A stretch of 64,000 nt of DNA. Origin: Minisyncoccota bacterium. GTDB lineage: Bacteria > Patescibacteriota > Minisyncoccia > Phycocordibacterales > UBA9973. The stretch lies in contig JBAZRK010000002.1 in NCBI GenBank assembly GCA_041663005.1, positions 205,402 through 269,401 on the forward strand, given 5' to 3'. Under the pieces are notes generated by a model. That model was not told the DNA's origin. It worked only from the letters and a program-made list of their open reading frames with translations, and searched no databases. Below, in pieces: positions 36,608 to 45,659 of this stretch. Made by a program: the position numbers and the translations under genes. The first letter of the stretch is position 1. Each line of letters begins with the position of its first letter.

Positions 36608-38007
36608 TATTTAGCCTATATTTATTTATAAGAGTAACTATTAGTTTACTTCTTAAATTTCGTATTTTTGTAAAAAATTGGTTTTTTCAAGGAGTAATTT
36701 TCAGTGTAGGTTTTTATTTTTTTGTAAGTATTTTATATAAGTGGTTGTACCACTTAACAGGACCAGCCTCTTTTGAGACATACAATTCTTATCCGTTCCT
36801 GTTTAGCGCTGTGTCCGGATTCGGTTTACTTCTAGGCATTGACGCATTTACCGCCTTTTTTTGTTCCGTAATTTTTTTTGAAAGTTATAAGCATGTAACC
36901 CCTAAAACATTTTCTTCTAAATGGTTTGTATTTATACCTAACCTTATTTATCTAATCCTCACTTTTATCTTCATAAGAATGGAAGGCTCTGGCGAAGCCG
37001 CGGGCTGGGGGATAATAGGCTTGATTTTTACTCTGCCCCTCGCGATTCTTTTTCCGATGGTTTGGATATTTTTCAGCGAAAAATCTGAAATTAAAGTTCA
37101 GTCTGTTGAAAAGGCAAATGAACCAGCGAATACCCAGCACCAGATTCATTGGTGGTGGCTTGTAGTTGTGCTTGCGTCATTTATAGCTGTCTTGGTTTGG
37201 CAAGAAATATCCATTAATCGTGCCGTTAACCAGAGTCAACAATACGACGCTGATGCGGTTAAAAGATTTCAGGAAGAACAAAATAAAATTGATTTATATG
37301 AAAGTCAACCTCCGTCGCCCAACCCGATATTTGATAATGCCATTAAAAAAGCCAGATATGCGCTGGCGGAGCATTTAGATGTACATGAATCTGCTGATGA
37401 TATATCTATAAAATCTTATACGCTTAAATCACCAGAAGAATGGATGTATTTTCAGTTCTGTAAAGAATTTTCTTTGGGCTACGTATTATTCCAAAATTTT
37501 CCTAGTGGGCAAAAAATTTCCACCGAAGGAAACAGTAAAGTTTTATCTTCGCGCCAAATAATTCTAACAGCAGAAAACAAGCTTCCTGCTTTAATATCTG
37601 TTCCCGTACATATTGCTTCACCTGTTCCTACCACCTTATCCTTTGATTACCAGTGGAGCGGGAATGAGAGGACCGAGCTAGATATTCTTGTTAATGGAAA
37701 CCGTGTAAATTGGGCCTATTTACTTACGCCTAGCCTAGGTAGTAAAGGATTTGCCAGAGGTATTTATTTAGCAAACCAATTTTATGAAACTAAGCCAGGC
37801 TGGAATACCTTTACTTTTAAATTGTCTCCATATGTAAATGGCACGGCCACAATATCTAATGTTGAGTTAGTGGATGATGGGTTGATACCTGGGTGTACCA
37901 CCAGCCGAAGCGAATATAGGCAAGTCGTATATACCTATAATAATATCGATTACTATTATTTGTTTGATAGTACTGGAAATTATTTCCGAATGGGTGATTA
38001 TAGATAA
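36580..38007 (+). CDS. hypothetical membrane protein (about 6 TM helices plus a ~270-aa C-terminal, probably extracytoplasmic, domain) on an AT-rich insertion
   Basis: 475-aa ORF; very AT-rich (about 30% GC) relative to its neighbours; flanked by the duplicated pduO 5' end. Confidence 0.5.
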   Translation: MSFLLQVAIIFSLYLFIRVTISLLLKFRIFVKNWFFQGVIFSVGFYFFVSILYKWLYHLTGPASFETYNSYPFLFSAVSGFGLLLGIDAFTAFFCSVIFFESYKHVTPKTFSSKWFVFIPNLIYLILTFIFIRMEGSGEAAGWGIIGLIFTLPLAILFPMVWIFFSEKSEIKVQSVEKANEPANTQHQIHWWWLVVVLASFIAVLVWQEISINRAVNQSQQYDADAVKRFQEEQNKIDLYESQPPSPNPIFDNAIKKARYALAEHLDVHESADDISIKSYTLKSPEEWMYFQFCKEFSLGYVLFQNFPSGQKISTEGNSKVLSSRQIILTAENKLPALISVPVHIASPVPTTLSFDYQWSGNERTELDILVNGNRVNWAYLLTPSLGSKGFARGIYLANQFYETKPGWNTFTFKLSPYVNGTATISNVELVDDGLIPGCTTSRSEYRQVVYTYNNIDYYYLFDSTGNYFRMGDYR

Positions 38008-38023
38008 TTAACAAAAAACTTTT

Positions 38024-38581
38024 ATGCTCTACACGAGAAAAGGGGATGGCGGTACCACGAAGACTTTCGGATGCGATCAGCGCATTTCTAAGAGCTCGCT
38101 CGTAGCTGAAGCTCTGGGCTCGCTTGATGAAGCGAATTCTTTTCTTGGGGTAGCTCGAGCCCGCTCAACACGAAGGACGTTTAAAATTGGCGCTGAAGAA
38201 TTAAAATTCTCCGAGCTTGTTTTAGAAGTTCAGCAGAATTTATTTATTGTGCAGGCGGAAGTGGCGGGGTCTACCTTGTCTATTGATAAAGAAAAAGTTT
38301 CTAGGGTTGAGCACATAGTAGATGAAATAGAAAAAGTTCTTCCGCCCATAAGTAGTTTCTTCATTAGTGGTTCAACGGAATTGTCGGCGACTTTTGATTT
38401 CGCACGCACATTAGCCCGCCGAGCCGAGAGGAGAGTGGTGGCAGCAAAAGAAGAAGGGAAAATTACCGTGAGCGACAACACAATGTCGTACCTAAATAGA
38501 CTATCGAGTTTGTTGTATGCGCTGGCAAGAATTTCGAGCCACATAGATGGAGTCGAAGAACCCAAGCCCACATATAAATAA
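38024..38581 (+). CDS. pduO: ATP:cob(I)alamin adenosyltransferase, PduO type
   Basis: MLYTRKGDGGTTKTFGCDQRISKSSLVAEALGSLDEANSFLGVARA is the canonical PduO-type N-terminus. Confidence 0.75.
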   Translation: MLYTRKGDGGTTKTFGCDQRISKSSLVAEALGSLDEANSFLGVARARSTRRTFKIGAEELKFSELVLEVQQNLFIVQAEVAGSTLSIDKEKVSRVEHIVDEIEKVLPPISSFFISGSTELSATFDFARTLARRAERRVVAAKEEGKITVSDNTMSYLNRLSSLLYALARISSHIDGVEEPKPTYK

Positions 38582-38582
38582 T

Positions 38583-40763
38583 TTATTCGAAATGAAAAAC
38601 GCCCGCCTTGGAGCTAACTTTTTTCTTTAGAAGAGGATAATTCTTTAACTCAGGATCTTTTTCAATTAGAGCAATAGCTTCTGTGCGCGCAGCTTCCACC
38701 ATTTTTATATTTTTTATAGCTTCCATACCTAGGTCGGTGATACCCCATTGTTTGGTGCCGCCGAGTTCTCCCGCACCACGAAGAGATAAATCCAATTCTG
38801 CGAGCTCGAAACCATTTTTTGCAGTTTTCAGGGCTTTTAATCTACTTATGGTTTTTTCACTCTTAGCGTCGGCAAAAATATAACAATATGCTTGGTGGGC
38901 GCTTCTGATGACGCGCCCGCGAAGCTGGTGAAGCTGAGCCAAGCCAAAACGTTCGGCACCTTCAATAATTATTATTGTGGCATTTGGTACATTAACGCCG
39001 ACTTCGACTACGGAAGTGGCGCATAAAATATTTATTTTCCCATCAGTGAATTCCTGCATTACTTGTTCTTTCTTTTCTTTACTCATCTTGGAGTGAAGGA
39101 CGCCGATTTCGTACTCTTGGAAAACTTCTTTCTTTAAGCGTTTGGCTTCCGCCATTACGGACTTCACGTTTAAAGCCATTTCTTTTTCCGGATCCGGTTC
39201 GTTGATTCTAGGGCAAATCACATATAGCTGGCGTCCGGCTCCGAGCTCTTTTCTTATTTCTTCATAAGTCTCACCACGCTTGGGTGGAGTAATTATTTCA
39301 GTAATTATTTCCTTTCGCCCTGCTGGCATCTCGTCCAAAAGTGAAAGATCTAGGTCTCCATAAATAGTGAGCGCCAGAGTGCGGGGGATGGGGGTCGCGG
39401 TCATCGATAAAAGGTGCGGAGCCAGGCCGTCCTTGCGCACCAGCTTTCTTCTTTGTGCAGTTCCGAAGCGGTGCTGTTCATCAATCACTGCCAATGCCAA
39501 ATTTTTAAATTTAACAGTTTTCTGAATTAAAGCGTGTGTGCCTATAAGGATAGGTACCTCTCCGTTGGCGACCCACTTTAGTAATTGCGGCCTAGAAATT
39601 GTAGTCCACCCGCCAGGATTTACTTTCGAGGGGAATTTCCTACAGCCACTCCCGGTGATTAGGCCTACGTTTATCGGTAGGTGGTTAAAATACTTTATAA
39701 AAGATTCGAAATGTTGAGTTGCCAGTATTTCTGTAGGTGCCATATAGGCCACTTGCAGGTTTCCAAAATCCTGAGGCTTGCCCTGAGCGAAGTCGAAGGG
39801 CCTTTGCTTTACTGCCACATAGCTTGCAGTCGCAGCGACTGCCGTTTTACCACTCCCGACATCACCCTCAAGCAGGCGCGACATCGGGTAAGTTCTTTTC
39901 ATATCGCCAAGAATTGTTTCGATAGACTTTTTCTGGCTCTTGGTAGGCTCAAAAGGGAATCTCGATAAAAATTCTTCCACATCTCCTTCTCTGGGTGTAA
40001 TTTTAAAAGATTTATTTTTGCGATATTCAAATTTGTCGTGTTGGCGTTCGAGCTGGATGCAAAACACTTCTTCGAAGGCAAATCTTTTGCGCGCAGATTC
40101 GGCGTCATTTTTATTTCTTGGTTTGTGCATCCAAACAAGTGCAGTTTTAAGCGTCGGGAGGTGATATTTTTTTAAAATTTCTGGAGGTATATAGTCGACA
40201 ATAGTGTCGAGAGTTTTATCTTTCAAAACTTTCTCTACGGCGTGATAAAACCATTTTGAAGTAATGCCTCTAGTCTCCGCATAGACAGGGTAGGAGAAGC
40301 CTTCGTTCGAAGCTCCGCTTTGTTTAAACAAAGTATCGTGTGCATCAATCGGCATATCAGGGGCCTTTTCAAATTCAGGATTTGCTAAGTAAATGCCATT
40401 TTTACTTTCCGTAACTTTTCCGGTGAGCTTTATGGTGTCACCGCTTTTAATCATCTTTGCTAGGTAGGCTTGGTGGTACCAAATTATTTTGATTTTTCCG
40501 GTTAGGTCTTCGACCTCACCTTCACCCATTGGGATTTTAGAACGGAACCCCTTTTTGGTCCTAAGCTTTGCCACCTTACCATATACGGTAGCTGTGTCTC
40601 CGGGCAGCAATTCATCTATGTTTTTTATCACACTCATATCGCTGTAGCGTACAGGGAAATGGAAAAGCAGGTCCCCCACAGTCACAATCTTAAGTCGAGC
40701 CAAGGCCTTCTTCTGGAGGGTGTCAGGGTGTAATTTAATCTCAAGTCTATCGTCTAAATTCAT
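38583..40763 (-). CDS. recG: ATP-dependent DNA helicase RecG
   Basis: Wedge domain plus SF2 helicase motifs (GDVGSGKT, DEQHRFG, TATPIPRT). Confidence 0.85.
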   Translation of the reverse strand: MNLDDRLEIKLHPDTLQKKALARLKIVTVGDLLFHFPVRYSDMSVIKNIDELLPGDTATVYGKVAKLRTKKGFRSKIPMGEGEVEDLTGKIKIIWYHQAYLAKMIKSGDTIKLTGKVTESKNGIYLANPEFEKAPDMPIDAHDTLFKQSGASNEGFSYPVYAETRGITSKWFYHAVEKVLKDKTLDTIVDYIPPEILKKYHLPTLKTALVWMHKPRNKNDAESARKRFAFEEVFCIQLERQHDKFEYRKNKSFKITPREGDVEEFLSRFPFEPTKSQKKSIETILGDMKRTYPMSRLLEGDVGSGKTAVAATASYVAVKQRPFDFAQGKPQDFGNLQVAYMAPTEILATQHFESFIKYFNHLPINVGLITGSGCRKFPSKVNPGGWTTISRPQLLKWVANGEVPILIGTHALIQKTVKFKNLALAVIDEQHRFGTAQRRKLVRKDGLAPHLLSMTATPIPRTLALTIYGDLDLSLLDEMPAGRKEIITEIITPPKRGETYEEIRKELGAGRQLYVICPRINEPDPEKEMALNVKSVMAEAKRLKKEVFQEYEIGVLHSKMSKEKKEQVMQEFTDGKINILCATSVVEVGVNVPNATIIIIEGAERFGLAQLHQLRGRVIRSAHQAYCYIFADAKSEKTISRLKALKTAKNGFELAELDLSLRGAGELGGTKQWGITDLGMEAIKNIKMVEAARTEAIALIEKDPELKNYPLLKKKVSSKAGVFHFE

Positions 40764-40800
40764 ATGGAAAGTATATAACTAAATGTGATATAATACACCC

Positions 40801-41052
40801 ATGGATACATTTTCACAGTCAGAGCTTTTCTTTCTTATTTCCTCGGTTGGGTTTGTTTTGTTGTGGATACTCGTAGCCATCCTGCTTTTCTACCTTATTC
40901 GCATTACCCACAGTTTCTCCCGAATTATGGACAAGATAGAAAATAGTGTAAACAAGATAGGCGACACGACCAAGGAAATGCTTGAAGACTTGAGGGACAG
41001 CACATTATTTAGTTTTTTATTAAGAAGAAGGAGAAAAAGTCGCAAAGAATAA
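40801..41052 (+). CDS. hypothetical small membrane protein
   Basis: Single TM helix; the preceding extended -10 TGATATAAT (40786-40794) implies a leaderless transcript. Confidence 0.35.
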   Translation: MDTFSQSELFFLISSVGFVLLWILVAILLFYLIRITHSFSRIMDKIENSVNKIGDTTKEMLEDLRDSTLFSFLLRRRRKSRKE

Positions 41053-41070
41053 AAGTAAGTATTTAATTTT

Positions 41071-41343
41071 ATGAAACACGATAAAAAAACATCAAAAGGA
41101 AAAGTTGCAGCTGTGGGGGTGGGTATGGCAGCAGTCGGAGCGGGCGCTTACTACCTGCTCGGACCGAAAGGGAAAGCACACCAGAAGAAATTAATGGCAA
41201 TGGGCAAGAAAGCTGCCGGTCAAGTTAAAAAGGAGGCAGGTAAACTAAAAAAAGACTGGGAAGATATCTCGTCCCAAGCGGAGAAAGTTGCTAATAAGGT
41301 GAAATCCACTGTTAAAAAAGTAAAAGCCAGGGCTAAAAAATAA
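41071..41343 (+). CDS. hypothetical small K-rich protein with an N-terminal TM helix
   Basis: ORF only. Confidence 0.35.
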   Translation: MKHDKKTSKGKVAAVGVGMAAVGAGAYYLLGPKGKAHQKKLMAMGKKAAGQVKKEAGKLKKDWEDISSQAEKVANKVKSTVKKVKARAKK

Positions 41344-41362
41344 AAGTAAACAGAAAACAAAA

Positions 41363-41386
41363 ATGTACATAATATATTACGTACAT
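41363..41386. repeat. 24-nt AT-rich palindrome ATGTACATAATATATTACGTACAT (copy 1; one mismatch to a perfect palindrome)
   Basis: Lies between a + strand gene end and the 3' end of the minus-strand tRNA-Ser; a perfect copy is at 61179-61202. Confidence 0.6.
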
Positions 41387-41399
41387 TTTCGTTTTGATG

Positions 41400-41488
41400 C
41401 GGAGCCGGCTGGATTCGAACCAGCGGTGCCTTTTAAAGGGCACACCTCTTTAGCAAAGAGGCACGTTAGACCACTCTGACACGGCTCC
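41400..41488 (-). tRNA. tRNA-Ser (anticodon GCU), long variable arm
   Basis: Reverse complement GGAGCCG…CCTCT-TTGCTAA-AGAGG…GCTGG-TTCGAAT-CCAGC-CGGCTCC-G; anticodon GCT; the D-arm is irregular. Confidence 0.55.
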
Positions 41489-41591
41489 GTATTTTCTTAC
41501 TTTAGCACATTTCTCTATTTTTTCCATTATTTTCATTTGTGATATAATTTAAGGGTAAGTCGAAATTAACCATTTAATTAAGTGTAAATTT

Positions 41592-41801
41592 ATGTCTCGA
41601 TCACAACAATTACAAACTGATGTTTGGTGGTGGCAAGAAGAAATACAAAAGTTGACCAGGGAGCAAAGGAGAATCATGGAAGAATCAAGGGCGATTTCTA
41701 TTAAGATAGAAGATGCTAATAAGAAAATTCAAGAGCGACAACATGAGCTCACTCGAGCCCTGGAGGAGGAAGCAAGAGACTCACAAAAAAAAGCTGCATA
41801 A
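41592..41801 (+). CDS. hypothetical small coiled-coil protein
   Basis: ORF only. Confidence 0.3.
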   Translation: MSRSQQLQTDVWWWQEEIQKLTREQRRIMEESRAISIKIEDANKKIQERQHELTRALEEEARDSQKKAA

Positions 41802-41835
41802 CATAGACATGGTGATTAATGTTAAAATATAGATT

Positions 41836-42198
41836 ATGCACGAATTATGGAGTGAATTTAAGAAGTTTATTGCCCGAGGCAACGTTATGGACCTCGCGGT
41901 GGGTCTTGCCATAGGTACCGCATTTCAGAAGATAGTCTCTTCGCTTGTAAATGATGTAGTTTTCCCGTCCTTGGCGCCGCTCCTCAATGTGGCCCAGTTT
42001 AGCGATTGGAAATGGGGAGGAGTGCTCATTGGTAGCTTTATCAAGAATATAGTAGATTTTTTAGTCATTGCCCTCGCAATATTCTTCATTGTTAAGGTGT
42101 TCAATCGCTTTCGCAAGAAACAAGATAAATCTAAGACGGCGGAGCTCTCCAAGCAAGAGCAGCTTCTAACCGAAATTCGTGATTTGTTAAAAAAATAG
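41836..42198 (+). CDS. mscL: large-conductance mechanosensitive channel
   Basis: MHELWSEFKKFIARGNVMDLAVGLAIGTAF is the canonical MscL N-terminus. Confidence 0.85.
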   Translation: MHELWSEFKKFIARGNVMDLAVGLAIGTAFQKIVSSLVNDVVFPSLAPLLNVAQFSDWKWGGVLIGSFIKNIVDFLVIALAIFFIVKVFNRFRKKQDKSKTAELSKQEQLLTEIRDLLKK

Positions 42199-42245
42199 TT
42201 CGACCGTTCTATAAACTCAGGGTAAACAAGCTAACTACAAATAAA

Positions 42246-42833
42246 ATGGACATACAGCGCCCACAAGCTCACCAACCCATACCCTCGCACGCCAAGCGGG
42301 TGTTTAAAGGAGTGATGTTTGATGTTTATCAGTGGGAGCAGGAAATGTTTGACGGTTCGCGGGCGATTTTTGAAAAAGTAAAACGTGCGGATACAGTGGT
42401 GGTCTTTGCGGTATTGCCAGACGGTAAAATAATTCTGACTAAACAAGAACAGCCTGGCCGTCCGCCGTTTGTGGGTGCTACCGGCGGGAGAATTGATGAA
42501 GGCGAAGATGTCTTGACCGCAGCCAAGCGTGAGCTCCTGGAAGAGAGTGGCTACATAGCGGAGGAATTTATTTTATGGGACGCCAGATTTCCGGTAGGTA
42601 AGGTAGACTGGGTGGTTTATACCTTCATCGCCAAGGGTTTGAAAAAGATTGCGGACCTGAGCCTCGACGCCGGAGAAAAAATAGAATTGATTACTCTCAC
42701 GCTGGACGAACTTATAGACACAGCGCTCGACAAGAAAACTCATTTTGCGGAGCAAGAGATACTCGAGAAATTTTATCAGGCAAAATACGTTCCGGAAAAG
42801 AGAAAAGAATTGGAGGAATTGTTTAAACCTTAG
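42246..42833 (+). CDS. NUDIX hydrolase
   Basis: Nudix box GGRIDEGEDVLTAAKRELLEESG. Confidence 0.7.
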   Translation: MDIQRPQAHQPIPSHAKRVFKGVMFDVYQWEQEMFDGSRAIFEKVKRADTVVVFAVLPDGKIILTKQEQPGRPPFVGATGGRIDEGEDVLTAAKRELLEESGYIAEEFILWDARFPVGKVDWVVYTFIAKGLKKIADLSLDAGEKIELITLTLDELIDTALDKKTHFAEQEILEKFYQAKYVPEKRKELEELFKP

Positions 42834-42849
42834 ATCAATAATAAAATAC

Positions 42850-43734
42850 ATGGACAATCTCAGGCCTTTTAAGCCGAAAAAAGAAAAGCAAGAAGTGGAC
42901 GGTATCACAGTTGAAAGTAGAAGAGAGCCTACAGAGCAAGAGACGTTGACCGAAGCTCAGCGAGACTATGCAAACGAACTGCAAGAGAGGCTAGACGGCA
43001 TGGCCGCTGAAACAATTTTAGCAGAGCCTGATTCACCTGATTTTTCAAACTTAAATTTGGAAAAAATACGTAGTTTCACATCTCGCGGTAGCTCCAAAAT
43101 TCTCTTTGAAAATATTTTGTTCCAACAAGGTAATAAAATTTCACCAGAACAACAGCAAATACTTCGTTTATATATCTCACTAATTCAACATGATCGGTTA
43201 GGAAAAGAAGGGGGCGGATTATACCCGAACGACCCAAAATATTCTTCGGAATCTTTCAACCTGGAACAGCAAATAAGAGAGAAAGAAATAAAATTATGCC
43301 GGGAGGCTTTGGGCGACGAATTGGCTAAGCTTGTGGATGGTATAGATAAATATGTTCGAGACAATTGGGGCAGTACATCTTGGCAAGAAGAAATCGCAAC
43401 TCGTAGAGCAGAGGCTATGCCAGTTACAGATGAAGCCACAGACCTGCTGGATCTTTCAGAAATTGTCTACTCAATGAGTATGACAGAAGAAGGCACTGGA
43501 GATTTAGAAGCAGCACGTATTCGGCGGCAAATACAGGAAGCACGAGAAGCACTTCCCGAGGCTGTAAAAAAGTGGAATTTTCAAACAGATAATATCTTTT
43601 TAAAAAATGCACTGGAAGTGAATCACAATCAAGAAATAAGTTATCAACATGACCTTGCTATGGCGACTATGAAATTTTTAGATGACAAGGTGAAATCCAG
43701 ATTAGCGGAAATGAAAATGGGGGAGCAAGAATAA
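42850..43734 (+). CDS. hypothetical protein
   Basis: Track ORF 42745..43734. The first ATG past the Nudix stop is at 42850 (MDNLRPF…). No known motif. Confidence 0.4.
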   Translation: MDNLRPFKPKKEKQEVDGITVESRREPTEQETLTEAQRDYANELQERLDGMAAETILAEPDSPDFSNLNLEKIRSFTSRGSSKILFENILFQQGNKISPEQQQILRLYISLIQHDRLGKEGGGLYPNDPKYSSESFNLEQQIREKEIKLCREALGDELAKLVDGIDKYVRDNWGSTSWQEEIATRRAEAMPVTDEATDLLDLSEIVYSMSMTEEGTGDLEAARIRRQIQEAREALPEAVKKWNFQTDNIFLKNALEVNHNQEISYQHDLAMATMKFLDDKVKSRLAEMKMGEQE

Positions 43735-43759
43735 TCGAGCCAGGTGGAGCTTGTGTCGA

Positions 43760-44275
43760 TTACACTCTTTTGATATTCCCACAAGCGAGGCGGGGGCCAC
43801 CGGAGACTCCAGAGCCTTTTTCGCCGCCTTCGTAAGGGTCGGTATTTGCGTGAACCATAAGTGAAGTTTCGGTATTGAGAATTGAGATAGGTCCGGGAGA
43901 GAGAGTGACGCGAGTGGTGACAGCTTCTAGTGTTCCCGAACCATTTTCGTTGACAACAATGTTCGGCAGGTCGCCTGCGTGGAAGGGATGGTTTACATCT
44001 GGGTCGGAATTGCCCGCAGGGCCTGGATCGAAGTGCCCACCAGCGCATTTGAAACTAGGGTCATCATCACAGCAAGGCTTCTCGTGAATGTGCACTGCGT
44101 GCGCACCAGCTATTAGCTTATCCGGACTGCCAGATAGTTCAAGCATTATTTTTACTACTTTACCCGTGCCGAATTCGTATTCAGTCAATGTTGCCAGGCC
44201 CGTTATGCCGTCACCCTTCATTTCTGCTTGCGCCTGCATCACTATTTTCCCCTCAATTGTAAATAAGTTATTCAT
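43760..44275 (-). CDS. sodC: Cu/Zn superoxide dismutase (no signal peptide)
   Basis: HAVHIHEKPCC…GGHFDP…HAGDLPN…CGNI are the canonical Cu/Zn-SOD ligand motifs. Confidence 0.8.
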   Translation of the reverse strand: MNNLFTIEGKIVMQAQAEMKGDGITGLATLTEYEFGTGKVVKIMLELSGSPDKLIAGAHAVHIHEKPCCDDDPSFKCAGGHFDPGPAGNSDPDVNHPFHAGDLPNIVVNENGSGTLEAVTTRVTLSPGPISILNTETSLMVHANTDPYEGGEKGSGVSGGPRLACGNIKRV

Positions 44276-44443
44276 ACATTAGATAATACCAAAAGTTGCC
44301 CCCAAAAACACCCCTATGCTATAATACTTAAGTCGATCATTAGCAAGATTAATTACAAAAATGCTATGACAGGAGGACACTAATAACTTAAATCTATTTT
44401 GATATTATAATAAAGAGACAGCCTAGCTGTCTCTTTCCGGTTT

Positions 44444-45649
44444 ATGGAAAAATATACTAAAAATTCGCCTGAGCCACAATCCAAAAAAAGTTCCTGTGCC
44501 TACTGCGGGGATGCCCCAATAATCCACGCTTTATTTTATTTCGATAGTTTGGTGTCTTCCGTAATAGAACCCCACGTGAGCAAAGTCGCCAAGGCGAGTC
44601 CTCAGTTTTTGAAAACGTTTGCGGACTGGTTACCAATTTTCACTTTTAAAACTTTCTCCCTGTTCGGACTGGCCAAGTTTTCCGCCGACTTAAGCAAGGT
44701 GAAAACTTTTCGCTCTCGGGTGGTATGGGAGGAGGCGCTACGGCGAGGAATAAAAATGGAGCAACTTATACTTTTCGGTAAACCGATGGAATTTTATCGG
44801 GCATTTTTAAATGGAAAAGAAATTTATTTCCAGAGCCTGCCCATACCACCTAAATACCTAGAGCTCACTGCTGACTGGGATAATAAGTTTGTCCTAAAAG
44901 AAGAACTTAAAAAGCACGGCATACCCGTGCCCGCATATATCCCGCTCTCAAATCTTAATGAAGATAGCCTCGCGCAAACGTTCGACACAATACCGAAGCC
45001 ATTCATAGTAAAGCCTAAGCTTGGTTCTCGCGGTCGCCATACTACTACCAACATTCATACCTTACCGCAAATGAAGGAGGCGGTCAGGATTGCAAAAATT
45101 CTCAGCCCCCATCTAATCATAGAGGAGCACCTCACCGGCTACGTGTGTCGCGCAACTCTCGTTTCTGGGAAGCTGGCGGGTTTTTACCGAGGCGAAGCGC
45201 CGACTGTTGTTGGGGACGGGACCCAAACAATAAAGCAACTGATATCAGAAAAAGACCGCAATCGGAATGCGAGAGTAGAAGCGGTCACGATAAGCGAAGA
45301 ATTGAAAAGTCACATTGGGCGGTCTGGATTTGCGTTGAATGATGTTTTGCCTAAAGGAGTGGTTTTACCGCTGACTCACAGGGTGGGGCGACTTTTCGGC
45401 GGAGCGACAAAAGAAATGCTTGATGAATTGCACCCGAATTTCATTCCGATTTTTGAAAAAGTGGCGAAGCTCACCGAGCTTGCCGTGGCAGGTATTGACT
45501 GCATCATACCTGATCCCACGAAAGCCCCTGATGCCCAAAAGTGGGGAATCATTGAATGCAACACGCTCCCCTTTATCGATCTTCACTACTACGCACTTGA
45601 AGGCAAGCCGCAAAATATTGCGGGGATGATTTGGGATTTCTGGAAATAA
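44444..45649 (+). CDS. ATP-grasp domain protein (cyanophycin-synthetase-like/RimK-like ligase)
   Basis: FIVKPKLGSRGRHTTTNI…IIEEHLTGY…GIIECNTLP pattern of ATP-grasp enzymes. Confidence 0.45.
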   Translation: MEKYTKNSPEPQSKKSSCAYCGDAPIIHALFYFDSLVSSVIEPHVSKVAKASPQFLKTFADWLPIFTFKTFSLFGLAKFSADLSKVKTFRSRVVWEEALRRGIKMEQLILFGKPMEFYRAFLNGKEIYFQSLPIPPKYLELTADWDNKFVLKEELKKHGIPVPAYIPLSNLNEDSLAQTFDTIPKPFIVKPKLGSRGRHTTTNIHTLPQMKEAVRIAKILSPHLIIEEHLTGYVCRATLVSGKLAGFYRGEAPTVVGDGTQTIKQLISEKDRNRNARVEAVTISEELKSHIGRSGFALNDVLPKGVVLPLTHRVGRLFGGATKEMLDELHPNFIPIFEKVAKLTELAVAGIDCIIPDPTKAPDAQKWGIIECNTLPFIDLHYYALEGKPQNIAGMIWDFWK

Positions 45650-45659
45650 ATTTTCTTAA

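Noticed and set aside
43644-44048. 134-aa minus-strand ORF overlapping the 3' half of sodC in another frame
   Set aside because: It is Arg/Ser/Pro-rich low-complexity sequence in the alternative frame of a gene with clear SOD motifs.
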